Source of the DNA: Solirubrobacterales bacterium | GTDB lineage: Bacteria; Actinomycetota; Thermoleophilia; Solirubrobacterales; 70-9 | Assembly (NCBI GenBank): GCA_036276995.1 | Contig: DASUNU010000088.1 | Location: 1-58,275 of the forward strand | Reading direction: 5' to 3' | Length of the DNA: 58,275 bases | Shown here: one piece after another, positions 24,465 through 35,675 of the stretch | Layout: each line of letters starts with the position of its first letter | Numbering within the stretch: the first letter of the stretch is position 1 | Position numbers and translations under genes: made by a program | Notes under the pieces: generated by a model | The model's input: only the letters and a program-made list of their open reading frames with translations | The model's database searches: none | Told to the model about the DNA's origin: nothing

Positions 24465-24507
24465 GGCCGAGAAATAGCAGAGGCCGGTACCTGCCGGTTG
24501 CTAACGT

Positions 24508-24523
24508 ACAACCTAATGGTTGT
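24508..24523. promoter_or_regulatory. Inverted repeat overlapping the ArsR start (candidate autoregulatory operator)
   Basis: ACAACC-taat-GGTTGT at 24508-24523, within the 51-bp divergent methyltransferase/ArsR intergenic region. Confidence 0.3.
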
Positions 24524-24878
24524 AGATCAGCTAGACAAGCAACGGACCGACCTGCTGTTCAAGGCGCTCGGCGACGCCACCCGGCGCGACATCCTCGGCC
24601 GGGTCGGCGAGGCCGAGCTCTCGGTATCGGCGCTCGCCCGGCTCTATCCGGTCAGCTTCGCCGCGATCCAGAAGCACGTGGCGCTGCTCGAGCGGGCCGG
24701 CCTGGTCAGCAAAGAGCGGCGTGGGCGCGAACAGATCGTCTCTGCCGAAACCGACGCCCTGCGCCGCGCCCACCAGGCGCTCGACCAGCTCGAGTCGCTC
24801 TGGCGCGGCCGGGTCGAGCGCATCGACGAGATCCTCGCCCAACCCACCACCAAGGAGATGAACGCACCATGCCCGTGA
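24516..24878 (+). CDS. ArsR/SmtB-family transcriptional regulator
   Basis: LFKALGDATRRDILGRVGEAELSVSALARLYPVSFAAIQKHVALLERAGLV is a typical wHTH. ATG at 24516. Confidence 0.85.
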   Translation: MVVDQLDKQRTDLLFKALGDATRRDILGRVGEAELSVSALARLYPVSFAAIQKHVALLERAGLVSKERRGREQIVSAETDALRRAHQALDQLESLWRGRVERIDEILAQPTTKEMNAPCP

Positions 24879-25354
24879 CTGACGCCCAGAAGGACCTCGA
24901 CGCCTTCACGATGACGATTACCGCCGAGCTCGACGCCCCCGTCGAGCGGGTCTGGCAGCTCTGGGCCGACCCGCGCCAGCTCGAGCGCTGGTGGGGCCCG
25001 CCGAGCCACCCGGCGACCTTCACCGAGCACGACCTCACCCCCGGCGGCCGCGCCGCCTATTACATGACCGCTCCCGACGGCGAACGCCATCGCGGCTGGT
25101 GGCGGATCAAGGAGGTCGACCCGATGAGTCGCCTGCTGATCGAAGACGGCTTCGGCGAAGAGGGCGAGCAGAACGACGAGATGCCCGGCCCCGGCCAGAT
25201 GATCGTCACCTTCGAAGAGTCGGACGGCCGCACGACGATGGCGATCGAGTCCCACCACACCAGCCGCGAGGAGCTCGAACAGATGATCGAGATGGGCGCC
25301 GAACAGGGCATGGTGGAAGCCCTTGGCCAGGTCGACGCGATCCTGGCCGAGTAG
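24869..25354 (+). CDS. SRPBCC-superfamily protein (AHSA1/Aha1-like START fold)
   Basis: VERVWQLWADPRQLERWWGP is typical. Overlaps the ArsR gene by 10 nt, the classic ArsR-AHSA1 pair. Confidence 0.85.
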   Translation: MPVTDAQKDLDAFTMTITAELDAPVERVWQLWADPRQLERWWGPPSHPATFTEHDLTPGGRAAYYMTAPDGERHRGWWRIKEVDPMSRLLIEDGFGEEGEQNDEMPGPGQMIVTFEESDGRTTMAIESHHTSREELEQMIEMGAEQGMVEALGQVDAILAE

Positions 25355-25401
25355 TCCTGACGTGTGCCCGGCGCAAGCGACCCTCGGCTACGGTTCCGCA
25401 C

Positions 25402-26322
25402 GTGAATCTGCACCGAGGCATCGCTGCTCGCTCGGGCGGGTTCCTGCTCTTCGCGGTAACTCCGCCGCGACTGACGACGAGCCCGCCCGAGGCAGCGGAG
25501 ATCGGTCGAGTCACCCTGGAGCGGTTGCGGCCGTTGGCGATCGACGGCCTCGTCCTTTACGACATCGACGACGAGAGCGACCGCAATCCCGACGAGCGCC
25601 CGTTCCCGTTCCTGCCGACGATGGACCCTGCCGATTATCTCGTCCGCGATCTTGCCGGGCTGGAGGTCCCCGCCATCGTCTACCGCGCGGTGGGCAAGTA
25701 CCGAGAGGATCGTTTCCGCTCCTGGCTGGAGCAGCAGGATCCGTCCCAGGCGCTGACGGTGTTCGTCGGGTCCTCCTCGCGCGAGAAGGCAGTTCTCACC
25801 TCGCTTGCCCGAGCCTACGAGCTACGCGACCAGGTCCAGCCGGAGCTGCTGCTCGGTGGGGTTGCGATCGCCGAGCGACACGCGCGCCTCGGCGACGAGC
25901 ACCTGCGGCTGATCGCGAAGCAGGCAGCGGGCTGCTCCTTCTTCATCACCCAGATCGTCTATGACGTCAACGCGGCGAAGAACCTGATCTCCGACTACCA
26001 CCACGAGTGCGCCGCGCAGAACCTCGAACCGGTGCCGATCGTCTTCAGCTTCTCGGTCTGCGGTTCGCTCAAGACCTTGGAGTTCCTGCGGTGGCTCGGC
26101 GTGACCGTCCCGCGTTGGATCGAGAACGAGCTGCGCCATGCCGACGACACCCTCGACGCCTCCTACGAGCAGGCCGCCGCGACGGCCGTCGACCTGATCG
26201 CGTTCTGCCGGAGGTTGGGGGTCCCGTTCGGCCTCAACGTGGAGAGCGTCTCGATCCGCAAGGCCGAGATCGAGGCCTCGGTGCGGCTGGCCGCCCGGCT
26301 GGGAGCTGAGCTGCGCCGCTGA
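25402..26322 (+). CDS. Methylenetetrahydrofolate reductase-like protein
   Basis: The GCSFFITQIVYD block and TIM-barrel-like periodicity resemble the MetF family. GTG at 25402 chosen because upstream track-ORF residues are junk. Start uncertain. Confidence 0.6.
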   Translation: MNLHRGIAARSGGFLLFAVTPPRLTTSPPEAAEIGRVTLERLRPLAIDGLVLYDIDDESDRNPDERPFPFLPTMDPADYLVRDLAGLEVPAIVYRAVGKYREDRFRSWLEQQDPSQALTVFVGSSSREKAVLTSLARAYELRDQVQPELLLGGVAIAERHARLGDEHLRLIAKQAAGCSFFITQIVYDVNAAKNLISDYHHECAAQNLEPVPIVFSFSVCGSLKTLEFLRWLGVTVPRWIENELRHADDTLDASYEQAAATAVDLIAFCRRLGVPFGLNVESVSIRKAEIEASVRLAARLGAELRR

Positions 26323-26349
26323 GCCCACTTCCTACGCGGGAGCTTCTAA

Positions 26350-26423
26350 TCGGGGAGACAGGATTTGAACCTGCGACCGCTCGGCCCCCAGCCGAGTGCG
26401 CTACCAGACTGCGCCACTCCCCG
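26350..26423 (-). tRNA. tRNA-Pro (GGG)
   Basis: Reverse complement is CGGGGAG-TG-GCGC-AGTCTGGTA-GCGC-A-CTCGG-CTGGGGG-CCGAG-CGGTC-GCAGG-TTCAAAT-CCTGT-CTCCCCG-A, a full cloverleaf. Confidence 0.9.
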
Positions 26424-26478
26424 TGGGGTCTTGCATTCTGACGAATCGGCGAACGGGCGGCTACGCTCCTACCTGCGC

Positions 26479-26549
26479 GCGGCGGTAGCTCAATGGTAGA
26501 GCCTTAGCCTTCCAAGCTAATGACGCGGGTTCGACTCCCGTCCGCCGCT
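26479..26549 (+). tRNA. tRNA-Gly (UCC)
   Basis: GCGGCGG-TA-GCTC-AATGGTA-GAGC-C-TTAGC-CTTCCAA-GCTAA-TGAC-GCGGG-TTCGACT-CCCGT-CCGCCGC-T. Confidence 0.9.
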
Positions 26550-26626
26550 CTCTCTCGTCGGGGCGTTTGTCGAATCGTCGTCCGGGGCACTTCGGGATTT
26601 TGCCCCGCTGCCGATACAGCCTTCTC

Positions 26627-27856
26627 ATGCGCGCTCGATCGAAAGGCCTTGCTGTCGTCTGCCTGCTGCTGGCGCTCGGGGCGCTGCTGGCGGGCTGCGG
26701 GGGCAGCTCTGATGGGGGCAGCGAAGGCGAGGACGTCACCGCGACCAAGGGCGACGAAGGGCTGATCAGCTGGCCCTACTTCGGGCGGGTGCCGGAGCGG
26801 ACGCACTATTTGCCGGCGGAAGGGGAACTGCTCGACCCGCCGCTGCGGGAGGCGTGGCAGATCAACACGCACGCGCTGATCGAGTTCCCGCCGGCGATCC
26901 ATGAAGGGGTCGCCTACGTGATCAACAAGTACGGCAACGGCAAAGCGGTGCGGCTGCACGACCGCAAGGTGCTGTGGGAACTGAACATCCGCCCCAGCAA
27001 CAAGGGCAAGCCGAACTTCGTCACCGCGCCGGTCTATTACGAAGACAAGGTCTTCGGCGCCTTCCTCACCGGCCACCTCGCCGCCGGCGACGCCGCGACC
27101 GGGCGCAAGGTCTGGGTCCGCGACCTCGGCGCCCATCTCGAATCCTCGCCGATGGCCGCCGAGGGCCGGCTCTACCTCGGCACCGACTCCAAGCAGGTGG
27201 TGGCGCTGCGGGCCTCCGACGGCAGGGTCGAGTGGCGCTTCGACTCGCCCGGCGCGATCAAAGCCAGCCCCAGCTACCACGACGGCCGCCTCTACGTCGC
27301 CGACTACGAGAGCTCGTTGTTCGCCCTCGACGCCGACAGCGGTAAGACGCTCTGGCGCACCAACACCAGCAAGCAGCCGCCCTTCGGGCGCGGCGGCTTC
27401 TTCTCCTCGCCCGGGATCGCCTTCGGCAAGGTCTACGCCGCCCGCGACGACGGCACCGTCTTCGCCCTCGACGAAAAGACCGGCAAGGTCGAGTGGTCCT
27501 TCGACACCGGCGGCCAGGTCTACGGCTCCCCCGCCCTGGCCGAGGTCCCTGGCACGCCCCCGACCGTCTACATCGGCTCCGAAAACGGCCGCTTCTTCGC
27601 GCTCGACGCCGCCACCGGCAAGGTGCGCTGGAGCTACGACGTCGGCGGCCCGGTGCCGGGCACGGCAACCGTGATCGACCACACCGTCTACACCTCCAGC
27701 TTCAAGACCGGGAAGACGATCGGGATCGACGCGGTCACCAAGAAGAAGACCTTCGAGATGAAGCAGGCCGGCTACACCCCGGTCGTCTCCGACGGTCGCA
27801 AGCTCTTCCTGGTCGGCTACTACGTGCTGGTCGGGCTCGAGCCGGGCAAGCGCTGA
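26627..27856 (+). CDS. PQQ-like beta-propeller lipoprotein
   Basis: Start MRARSKGLAVVCLLLALGALLAGCGG (lipobox). Repeated ALRASDGRVEW, ALDADSGKTLW, ALDEKTGKVEW and ALDAATGKVRW blades. Confidence 0.8.
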   Translation: MRARSKGLAVVCLLLALGALLAGCGGSSDGGSEGEDVTATKGDEGLISWPYFGRVPERTHYLPAEGELLDPPLREAWQINTHALIEFPPAIHEGVAYVINKYGNGKAVRLHDRKVLWELNIRPSNKGKPNFVTAPVYYEDKVFGAFLTGHLAAGDAATGRKVWVRDLGAHLESSPMAAEGRLYLGTDSKQVVALRASDGRVEWRFDSPGAIKASPSYHDGRLYVADYESSLFALDADSGKTLWRTNTSKQPPFGRGGFFSSPGIAFGKVYAARDDGTVFALDEKTGKVEWSFDTGGQVYGSPALAEVPGTPPTVYIGSENGRFFALDAATGKVRWSYDVGGPVPGTATVIDHTVYTSSFKTGKTIGIDAVTKKKTFEMKQAGYTPVVSDGRKLFLVGYYVLVGLEPGKR

Positions 27857-27875
27857 GCTCGCCCGGCCTGGCGGC

Positions 27876-28748
27876 CTACAGCCCGAGCACGGCGATCGCT
27901 TGCGCGGCCATTTCCCGCTCGCCAAGCGCGTTCGGGTGCACGACCACCGGGTTGGTCCCGAGCAGGACCGGCTCGACCCAGCGCACCCCGAGCGGCTGAC
28001 AGGCGTCGTGCCCGTCGGAGGCCGCGTTCATGTCGACGTAGGTCGCCCCGGTTGCCAGCGCGGCGCGGCGGACGGCGTCGTTGAGCGCGGCCTGAATGCC
28101 GCGCACGTAGGGCACGTCGCCTTTGGCGACCGGCATTTTCAGGAAGCAGCCACCGCTCGCCGGCATGATCCAGGGGTAGCCGAGGATCGCCACCTCGGCA
28201 GCCGGAGCTTTTGCCCGCACCGCGCCCAGCGCGTTGACCAGCGCCGGGTAGGTGGTGTTGTTGATCGTGTTTTCGAAGGAGCTGCCGTAGCGGTCTTTGC
28301 AGGGGCTGCCGAAGCCGAGAGTGGAGACGCCGGCGGCACCGCAGGCGAGGATCGCGCTGATGAAGACGCCGCTGTCGTTGCCGCCGATCGTCATCGTCAC
28401 CAGTTCGGTGCTCGCCCCCACCGCGTTCAGCTGCGGCGCCGTGCCCGGATACTGGGATTCGAAGAAGTCGTTCGTTTCGGCGGCGCCGCAGGTGACGTCT
28501 TTGAGTTCGGCACCGGTGGCGCCGGCAATCACGCGCGGGTAGTTGCGGGTCGAGCGCAGGCACTGCGGCGCGCTGAGATCGACCGGCAGCACCCCCGAGG
28601 CGGCGCTGTAGGAGTCGCCGAGGGCGACGTAGCGGAGCGGCGCCCCGAGCGCGGCCGGCGCGGCCAGCACCAGCGCGAGCGCCGCGCAGAGAACTGCGAT
28701 TGACAAGAGGCGGACGGACAGCAGGCGGTTGCGGACTGGACCCGGCAC
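27876..28748 (-). CDS. Secreted SGNH/GDSL hydrolase
   Basis: Signal peptide followed by the YVALGDSYSAASG block I. The GGND block (TIGGNDSG) and a C-terminal DGHDACQ/HPN region are present. Confidence 0.8.
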   Translation of the reverse strand: MPGPVRNRLLSVRLLSIAVLCAALALVLAAPAALGAPLRYVALGDSYSAASGVLPVDLSAPQCLRSTRNYPRVIAGATGAELKDVTCGAAETNDFFESQYPGTAPQLNAVGASTELVTMTIGGNDSGVFISAILACGAAGVSTLGFGSPCKDRYGSSFENTINNTTYPALVNALGAVRAKAPAAEVAILGYPWIMPASGGCFLKMPVAKGDVPYVRGIQAALNDAVRRAALATGATYVDMNAASDGHDACQPLGVRWVEPVLLGTNPVVVHPNALGEREMAAQAIAVLGL

Positions 28749-28847
28749 GGCGCACTTCCTTTCCTCGAAGACTCTTGAGGCAATGTTGCCCGCCCGGACC
28801 GAGGTCGAAACATCGGCCGCGACGGCCGGCCCGCTATGGCCGGCGCG

Positions 28848-29456
28848 TCAGCGCTGCTTGAGCGAGCGCTGCTTGAGCCGCTTGCGCTCGCCGTCCAGGG
28901 AGAGCAGGTAGGGCATCGGGTCGATCGGGGCGCCGCCGCCGTAGTAGGCGCCTTCCCAGAGCTCGAAGTGCAGGTGGCAGCCCGAGGCGTTGCCGGTATC
29001 GCCGACCAGGCCGACCGGCTGGCCCGCGGCGACGCTCTCGCCGGGTTTGACGGGGGCAGGTTCGGCCAGGTGCATATAGGCGAGGTCGAAGACCGATTCG
29101 GCGACGTCGATGACCAGGTAGTTGCCGGCCCGCGGGTGGGATTTGACGAAGCGGACCCGGCCCGCCTGGGCGGCGACCAGCGGCGTCCCGCAGCGGGCGC
29201 CGACGTCGGCGCCCTGGTGACCGCGACCGTCTCCCCAGCCCGCCCAGTACTCGTGCGCCCCGCGGATCGGGTAGGCCGAGGCCACGCCGGGGGCGGGCGT
29301 CTGAACCGGCGGGGCGGCGGGGGCGGAGCTGAGCCCGCCCTCGCCGGCCTGAGCCGCGGGAATTGCGGCCGTCGCGCCGACGGCGAGCGTCGCGAGGGCA
29401 GCGGCGACCGCGAGTGCGGCGCGTCTGCGAAGGCGTTCTGACTGCTGACCGACCAA
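28848..29456 (-). CDS. Secreted M23-family metallopeptidase
   Basis: TTG start at 29456 with GAGAGGA upstream. Signal peptide ALAVAAALATLAVGATAAIPAAQA. HQGADV, YMHL and GDTGNASGCHLHFEL motifs. Confidence 0.8.
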   Translation of the reverse strand: MVGQQSERLRRRAALAVAAALATLAVGATAAIPAAQAGEGGLSSAPAAPPVQTPAPGVASAYPIRGAHEYWAGWGDGRGHQGADVGARCGTPLVAAQAGRVRFVKSHPRAGNYLVIDVAESVFDLAYMHLAEPAPVKPGESVAAGQPVGLVGDTGNASGCHLHFELWEGAYYGGGAPIDPMPYLLSLDGERKRLKQRSLKQR

Positions 29457-29474
29457 GGTGCATCCTCTCTCTCT

Positions 29475-29612
29475 GGAGCCGACGGGGTTAGCTGTCGGGC
29501 TCGCGCTGAAAGAGCTGCGCTACGGACACACCTGTCCGATTCGCCCCCGGGGAGAGGATCTCCCCTGTGGTTCCCCCGCTTCCCGGCCTCCGAGGCCGGG
29601 GATTAGGCAGGT
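29475..29612 (-). ncRNA. ydaO/yuaA-type cyclic-di-AMP riboswitch
   Basis: The minus-strand RNA reads ...CUAAUC-CCCGGCCUCGGAGGCCGGG-AAGCGGGGGAACCA-CAGGGGAGAUCCUCUCCCCGG-GGGCGAAUC-GGACAGGUGUGUCC-GUAGCGC...GCGCGAG-CCCGACAGCUAACCCCGUCGGC. It contains the conserved pseudo-twofold ydaO blocks (AAUC, GGGGAACCA, GGGNGAAUC, CCGACAGCUAACC-CGU) directly upstream of the M23 SD/start. Confidence 0.75.
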
Positions 29613-29676
29613 ATCTGGTCGCGGCGCAGTATAGGCAGGCGCCGCGGCGGGCGGGCCGAAAGGCGCGCGAAGCCGC

Positions 29677-30774
29677 TCAGGGATTAAGCGCGAGGAAGAG
29701 GAAGGCGGCGAGGATGATCAGGTGGACGCCGCCCTCCTGCAGGGTCGCGCGCCCGGGCAAGAGGGTCAGGGCGCTGACTATCCCGGTCAGGACCAGCAGC
29801 CCGATCTGGGTCGCGCCGAGGCCGAGCACGAGCGGCCCGCTGAGCCAGATCGAGGCGATCGCGATCGCCGGGATCGTCAGCCCGATGCTCGCCATCGCCG
29901 AGCCGTAGGCGAGGTTGAAGCTGACCTGGACGCGGCCGCGGCGGGCGTTGCGCCAGGCGGTCAGGGTCTCCGGCATCAGCACCAGCAGGGCGATCACCAC
30001 GCCGACCGCCGACTGCGGCGCCCCGATCGATTTGACCCCGTCCTCGATCGCCCCGGAGCTGAGCTTGGCGAGGCCGACGACGGCGACCAGGGCGACCAGG
30101 AGCAGGCCGAGGCTGCGCAGCGCCGCGCCGCGGCTGGGCGGCGGCCCATGCTCGTTCTCCTCCTTGTCCGCGGCCACGTCCTCCGCGGAGTCGAGGAAGA
30201 AGCCCCGGTGACGGACGGTCTGCACCAGCAGGAAGAGGCCGTAGAGGCAGATCGAGGCGACCGCGGCGAAGGCGAGCTGGGAGGCCGAGAATTCGGGGCC
30301 GGTCTTGCTGGTGGTGAAGGTCGGCAGGACGAGGCTGAGCGTGGCCAGGGTGATCACGGTGGCGAAGGCGGTCGCCGAGCCCTCGGCGTTGAAGGAGGCG
30401 AGCCGGCCGCGCAGGGCCGCGGTCAGGATCGAGAGGCCGACGATGCCGTTGCAGGTGATCATCACCGCCGCGAAGACCGTGTCGCGGGCAAGGGTCTCGG
30501 TTTCCTCGCCGCCGGAGACCATCAGGGTGACGATCAGCGCCACCTCGATCACCGTCACCGCGACCGCCAGGACCAGCGACCCGAACGGCTCCCCCACCCG
30601 CCGCGCGATCACCTCGGCGTGGTGCACCGCGGCCAGCACCCCGCCGGCGAGGAAGAGGTCGAGCACGACCACGACCGGCGTCGCCGGGTCCGAGCCCCAC
30701 GACGCTGCCATCACCGCCAGCGCCAGCAGCGGCACCGCGATCGTCGACCTGTCGGCAATCCGCCGCGCGCTCAC
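29677..30774 (-). CDS. chaA: Ca2+/H+ (cation/proton) antiporter, CaCA/ChaA family
   Basis: 365 aa, about 10-11 TM. Alpha-repeat-like GSLVLAVAVTVIEVALIV and SFNLAYGSAMASIGLTIP. Confidence 0.75.
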   Translation of the reverse strand: MSARRIADRSTIAVPLLALAVMAASWGSDPATPVVVVLDLFLAGGVLAAVHHAEVIARRVGEPFGSLVLAVAVTVIEVALIVTLMVSGGEETETLARDTVFAAVMITCNGIVGLSILTAALRGRLASFNAEGSATAFATVITLATLSLVLPTFTTSKTGPEFSASQLAFAAVASICLYGLFLLVQTVRHRGFFLDSAEDVAADKEENEHGPPPSRGAALRSLGLLLVALVAVVGLAKLSSGAIEDGVKSIGAPQSAVGVVIALLVLMPETLTAWRNARRGRVQVSFNLAYGSAMASIGLTIPAIAIASIWLSGPLVLGLGATQIGLLVLTGIVSALTLLPGRATLQEGGVHLIILAAFLFLALNP

Positions 30775-30814
30775 CGCACAGAGGTTATGCCGGACGCCCT
30801 ATGACACGAAGCGG

Positions 30815-31876
30815 CTATCGCTCCCGGGCGCTCTTCGGTCGGTGCGCGTACGCGGCCTCCTTGACTGCCTCGTCGGTCTCCAGAGTCGCGCCGAGGGCGC
30901 CGCCGATCGTCCCCAACGCGCTCGAGAGCCAGGCGATGCGCGCGTAGTCCCAGATGTCCGTATCCCGTCCGAGCGCCTCCGAGAGAAGCGACGGCTCGAT
31001 CAGCAGCAGGGCGGCGAGCAGGCTGGCGACGAAGACGAAGAGGTAAAGCGCGGCGACTCCGAATGCGACCGTTGCGGTGGTTGCCAGGTTGAACAACGTC
31101 ACCTGCTCGCGCACACGCGGGGCGGGTGCCCGCTCCCAGAGGCGGTGGCCGGCGATCAGCGTCACCGAGGCGGCGGCGATCGAGGCGAGGCCGGCAATCG
31201 CCAGTCGCAGCGGGCCGAGGGTTGCGGCGATTTTCCAGACTTCGATCTGGATCAAGCCGAAGGCGACCGCCGCGACCGCCGCCAGCATCGCCCGCCAAAG
31301 CCGCCCGACCAGCCGCCAGGGGTGATTGGCACCGACCATCCCGACAAGCAGGCGCAGGTTGCCGCCGATCACCCGGGCGACGTAGGCGGCGCCCCCGTCG
31401 TCGTCGACGTCGCCGGCCAGCTCGGTGAGCCGGCGCTGGACCCCAAGTCCTGCGCCGGACGATGTGGCAGCGCGGCCACCCTCCGGATCGCCGATCAAAG
31501 TCCCGACCGCGTCGGCGCTGACGTCGTAGAGACGCCGTCGCCGCCTCAGCACGCCGAGCGCCGGCAGCGAGACCAGCGCCACGCCATGGGTGCGGCTGGC
31601 ATGGCTGAGCAACGTCCGGTGCGCGAGTCGCAGAGGCAGCTCGGTGATCGCCACCGCCAGGTCCCAATCGGCGTCGAGCAACAGGCGACGGGCTGCGGAG
31701 ACGAGATCGGTCAGGTGCACCGGCGGCTCGGCCAGCGGGTCGGTGAGGACCTCTGACCTCCACTCGACCTTGGGGTAGCGCTCGGCCAGGGCAGCGCCGA
31801 GGTCGGCCGCCAGCTCGTCGGCCGCGACCTGGTCGATTGCGGGCGAGACGATCAGGCCCAGCTTCACCGTCGCCAT
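30815..31876 (-). CDS. Hypothetical membrane protein (cytosolic N-domain + about 4 C-terminal TM)
   Basis: ATG at 31876, 16 nt after the cbpM stop. MATVKLGLIVSPAID... then hydrophobic segments LLAAVAAVAFGLIQI, LAIAGLASIAAASVTLIA and VAALYLFVFVASLLAALLLI. The upstream 55 aa of the track ORF was discarded. Confidence 0.55.
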   Translation of the reverse strand: MATVKLGLIVSPAIDQVAADELAADLGAALAERYPKVEWRSEVLTDPLAEPPVHLTDLVSAARRLLLDADWDLAVAITELPLRLAHRTLLSHASRTHGVALVSLPALGVLRRRRRLYDVSADAVGTLIGDPEGGRAATSSGAGLGVQRRLTELAGDVDDDGGAAYVARVIGGNLRLLVGMVGANHPWRLVGRLWRAMLAAVAAVAFGLIQIEVWKIAATLGPLRLAIAGLASIAAASVTLIAGHRLWERAPAPRVREQVTLFNLATTATVAFGVAALYLFVFVASLLAALLLIEPSLLSEALGRDTDIWDYARIAWLSSALGTIGGALGATLETDEAVKEAAYAHRPKSARER

Positions 31877-31892
31877 GGCGATCGCACGTCGG

Positions 31893-32138
31893 CTAGTGCC
31901 GCCGGGCTTCCAGCTCCTCGATCCGCTCCAGCAGGTCGCAGACGAGCGCCGCGCCGGCGACGTTGAGGCCGAGGTCGCGACGCAGCCGCGCCAGACGCGC
32001 GAGGCGTGCCGCGGCGTCCCAATCGAGGGGGTCGACGGCATCGAGCGCGATCAGCCGCCGCACCAGGTCGGGGTGCAGGCCGGAGCGACGGGCCAGCGCC
32101 CGGGCGTCGAGGAGGACGAGCGTCGTGCCGGGCGACAT
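31893..32138 (-). CDS. cbpM: Chaperone-modulating protein CbpM-like (MerR-like HTH)
   Basis: 81 aa. LDARALARRSGLHPDLVRRLIALD...RLRRDLGLNVAGAALVCDLLERIEELE fits CbpM. TGATG 1-nt overlap with the cbpA stop. Confidence 0.65.
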   Translation of the reverse strand: MSPGTTLVLLDARALARRSGLHPDLVRRLIALDAVDPLDWDAAARLARLARLRRDLGLNVAGAALVCDLLERIEELEARRH

Positions 32139-33046
32139 CAGCGCCCCTGCCTCGGGTCGAACCGCGAGACCGCGGCCAGCTCCTCGAACAGCTCGCGCTC
32201 GCGTTTCCCGAGTGCCTTCGGAACGACGACTCTGACGCTTGCGTAGAGATCCCCTTTGCGTCCGCCCGGGCCCGGCATCCCCTCGCCTCTCAGCCGCAGA
32301 CGGCGGCCGCTGGAGGAGCCGGCCGGGACTTTGACCCTGGCGCTGCCGTTGAGGGTGGGGACGGGAACCGTAGCCCCGAGCGCCGCCTCCCAGGGCGCGA
32401 CCGGGATCTCGACCACGAGGTCGTCGTCTTCGCGCCGGAAGCGCGGATGGCGTTTGATCCGCACCCGCAGGTAGAGGTCCCCCGCGGGCCCGCCGCTCGC
32501 CCCTTCCCCGCCCTGGCCGGCAAGGCGGATTTTCTGACCGTCTCGCACGCCGGGCGGGATCTGCACCTCGAAGTCGCGGCCGTCGGCAAGCGAGATTTTC
32601 TGTTTGCCGCCACGGGCCGCCTCCTCGAGCGCGACCTCGATCGTCGCCTCCTGGTCGCCGCCCCGCATCGAGAAGCCCTCGAAGCCCCCGGAGGCCCCTC
32701 TCCGGCCGCCGAAGAAGCTCTCGAAGAAATCGCTGAAGCCGGCGCCGTCGCCGAATCCCTGGCCGTCGCCGCCTCCGAAGCCGCCGCCGAACCCGGAGGC
32801 GCCGCTGACGTCCTCGCCGGCTTTCCAGTTCGCCCCGAGGCGCTCGTATTGCTCTCGCTTCTCGGGGTCGCGCAGAACCTCGTAGGCCTCCGAGACCTCT
32901 TTGAAGCGGTCCTCGGCGCCGGGATCCTTGTTGACGTCTGGGTGGTATTCGCGCGCGAGTTTGCGGTAGGCGCTGCGGATCTCCTCGTCGCTGGCGCCGC
33001 GCGGGACGCCCAGCACCTCGTAGTAGTCACGAAAGCCGACCGCCAA
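32138..33046 (-). CDS. cbpA: DnaJ-class co-chaperone lacking the zinc finger (CbpA-like)
   Basis: J-domain [33 protein letters not shown], a G/F-rich linker and C-terminal substrate domains. No CxxCxGxG repeats. Confidence 0.85.
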   Translation of the reverse strand: MAVGFRDYYEVLGVPRGASDEEIRSAYRKLAREYHPDVNKDPGAEDRFKEVSEAYEVLRDPEKREQYERLGANWKAGEDVSGASGFGGGFGGGDGQGFGDGAGFSDFFESFFGGRRGASGGFEGFSMRGGDQEATIEVALEEAARGGKQKISLADGRDFEVQIPPGVRDGQKIRLAGQGGEGASGGPAGDLYLRVRIKRHPRFRREDDDLVVEIPVAPWEAALGATVPVPTLNGSARVKVPAGSSSGRRLRLRGEGMPGPGGRKGDLYASVRVVVPKALGKRERELFEELAAVSRFDPRQGR

Positions 33047-33566
33047 TCAGTCCTCACCTTCTCCCCCGGGCTTCTGCTCTCGCTCTGAGCCGCCGCCCTC
33101 CCGCGAAACCACCACCTGCGCCGGGCGCAGCACCCGCTCACCGCGGCGATAGCCCGAGCGGGCGACGTCGAGCACGGTGCGGTCGGGGGCCTCGTCGCTC
33201 TCCTGAACCGAGATCGCCTCGTGCAGCTCGGGGTCGAAGTGATCACCCATGGCGCCAACCCGTTCGACGCCCTGCCGGGCGAGGATCGCCTCCATCTGCT
33301 CGCGGACGCTGCGCAGCCCGTCGGAGGGCTGCATCCCCAGTGCTCGGTCGACACTGTCGACCGCCTCGATCCAGTCGAGCAGCAGCCGCTCGGCCTGTTC
33401 GGTGACCCGGCGCTCCACTTCCTGCGCCGAGCGCTTGCGGTAGTTCTCGAGGTCGGCGAGTGCGCGCAGGTAGCGCTCGTCGTCGCCTGGGGGCGGTTGC
33501 ACGCCGCCTGGCTCCTGGTCGGCCACCTGCGCCGCTCCCTCGGCCTGATGCGCCTGGCGCTCCTCC

Positions 33567-33589
<23 letters not shown>
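33047..33589 (-). CDS. grpE: Nucleotide exchange factor GrpE
   Basis: [19 protein letters not shown] and RPAQVVV motifs. Start taken at [10 protein letters not shown] (33589), overlapping the dnaK 3' end by 23 nt. Start uncertain. Confidence 0.8.
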
Positions 33590-35453
<1,864 letters not shown>

Positions 35454-35675
35454 TGTGCCTCCTCCCAGGCCCGGGTGTCCGGGCCGTTTCACCATTCGCG
35501 GGCTTGCACACCTTCTTGGTAGGACGGCGAAGGCCGGCGTCAAGAGGTTTAAGACAGCCTGCCGAAGGGAAAACGGAAGGCTTACTGGGCGGCGGCCTCG
35601 AGCATCTCGAGCTATAGGTCCCGGTGATCCGGAACTGCCCGGTCCACGGACTGCAACAGCGGAGGAAGAAGGCGC

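Noticed and set aside
22880-26350. Genomic island integrated at the 3' end of tRNA-Pro (26350), spanning ORF6N to the MTHFR-like gene.
   Set aside because: There is no integrase or recombinase and no direct repeat of the tRNA 3' end near 22880. Only the 22880-23860 part shows reduced GC; ArsR, SRPBCC and the MTHFR-like gene look native.
35454-35675. Search for an HspR HAIR (CTTGAGT-N7-ACTCAAG) or CIRCE element upstream of dnaK, and a TTGACG-N16-TACCAA promoter guess.
   Set aside because: No HAIR or CIRCE match was found by eye. The putative promoter has a poor -10 box, so I do not report it as a feature.
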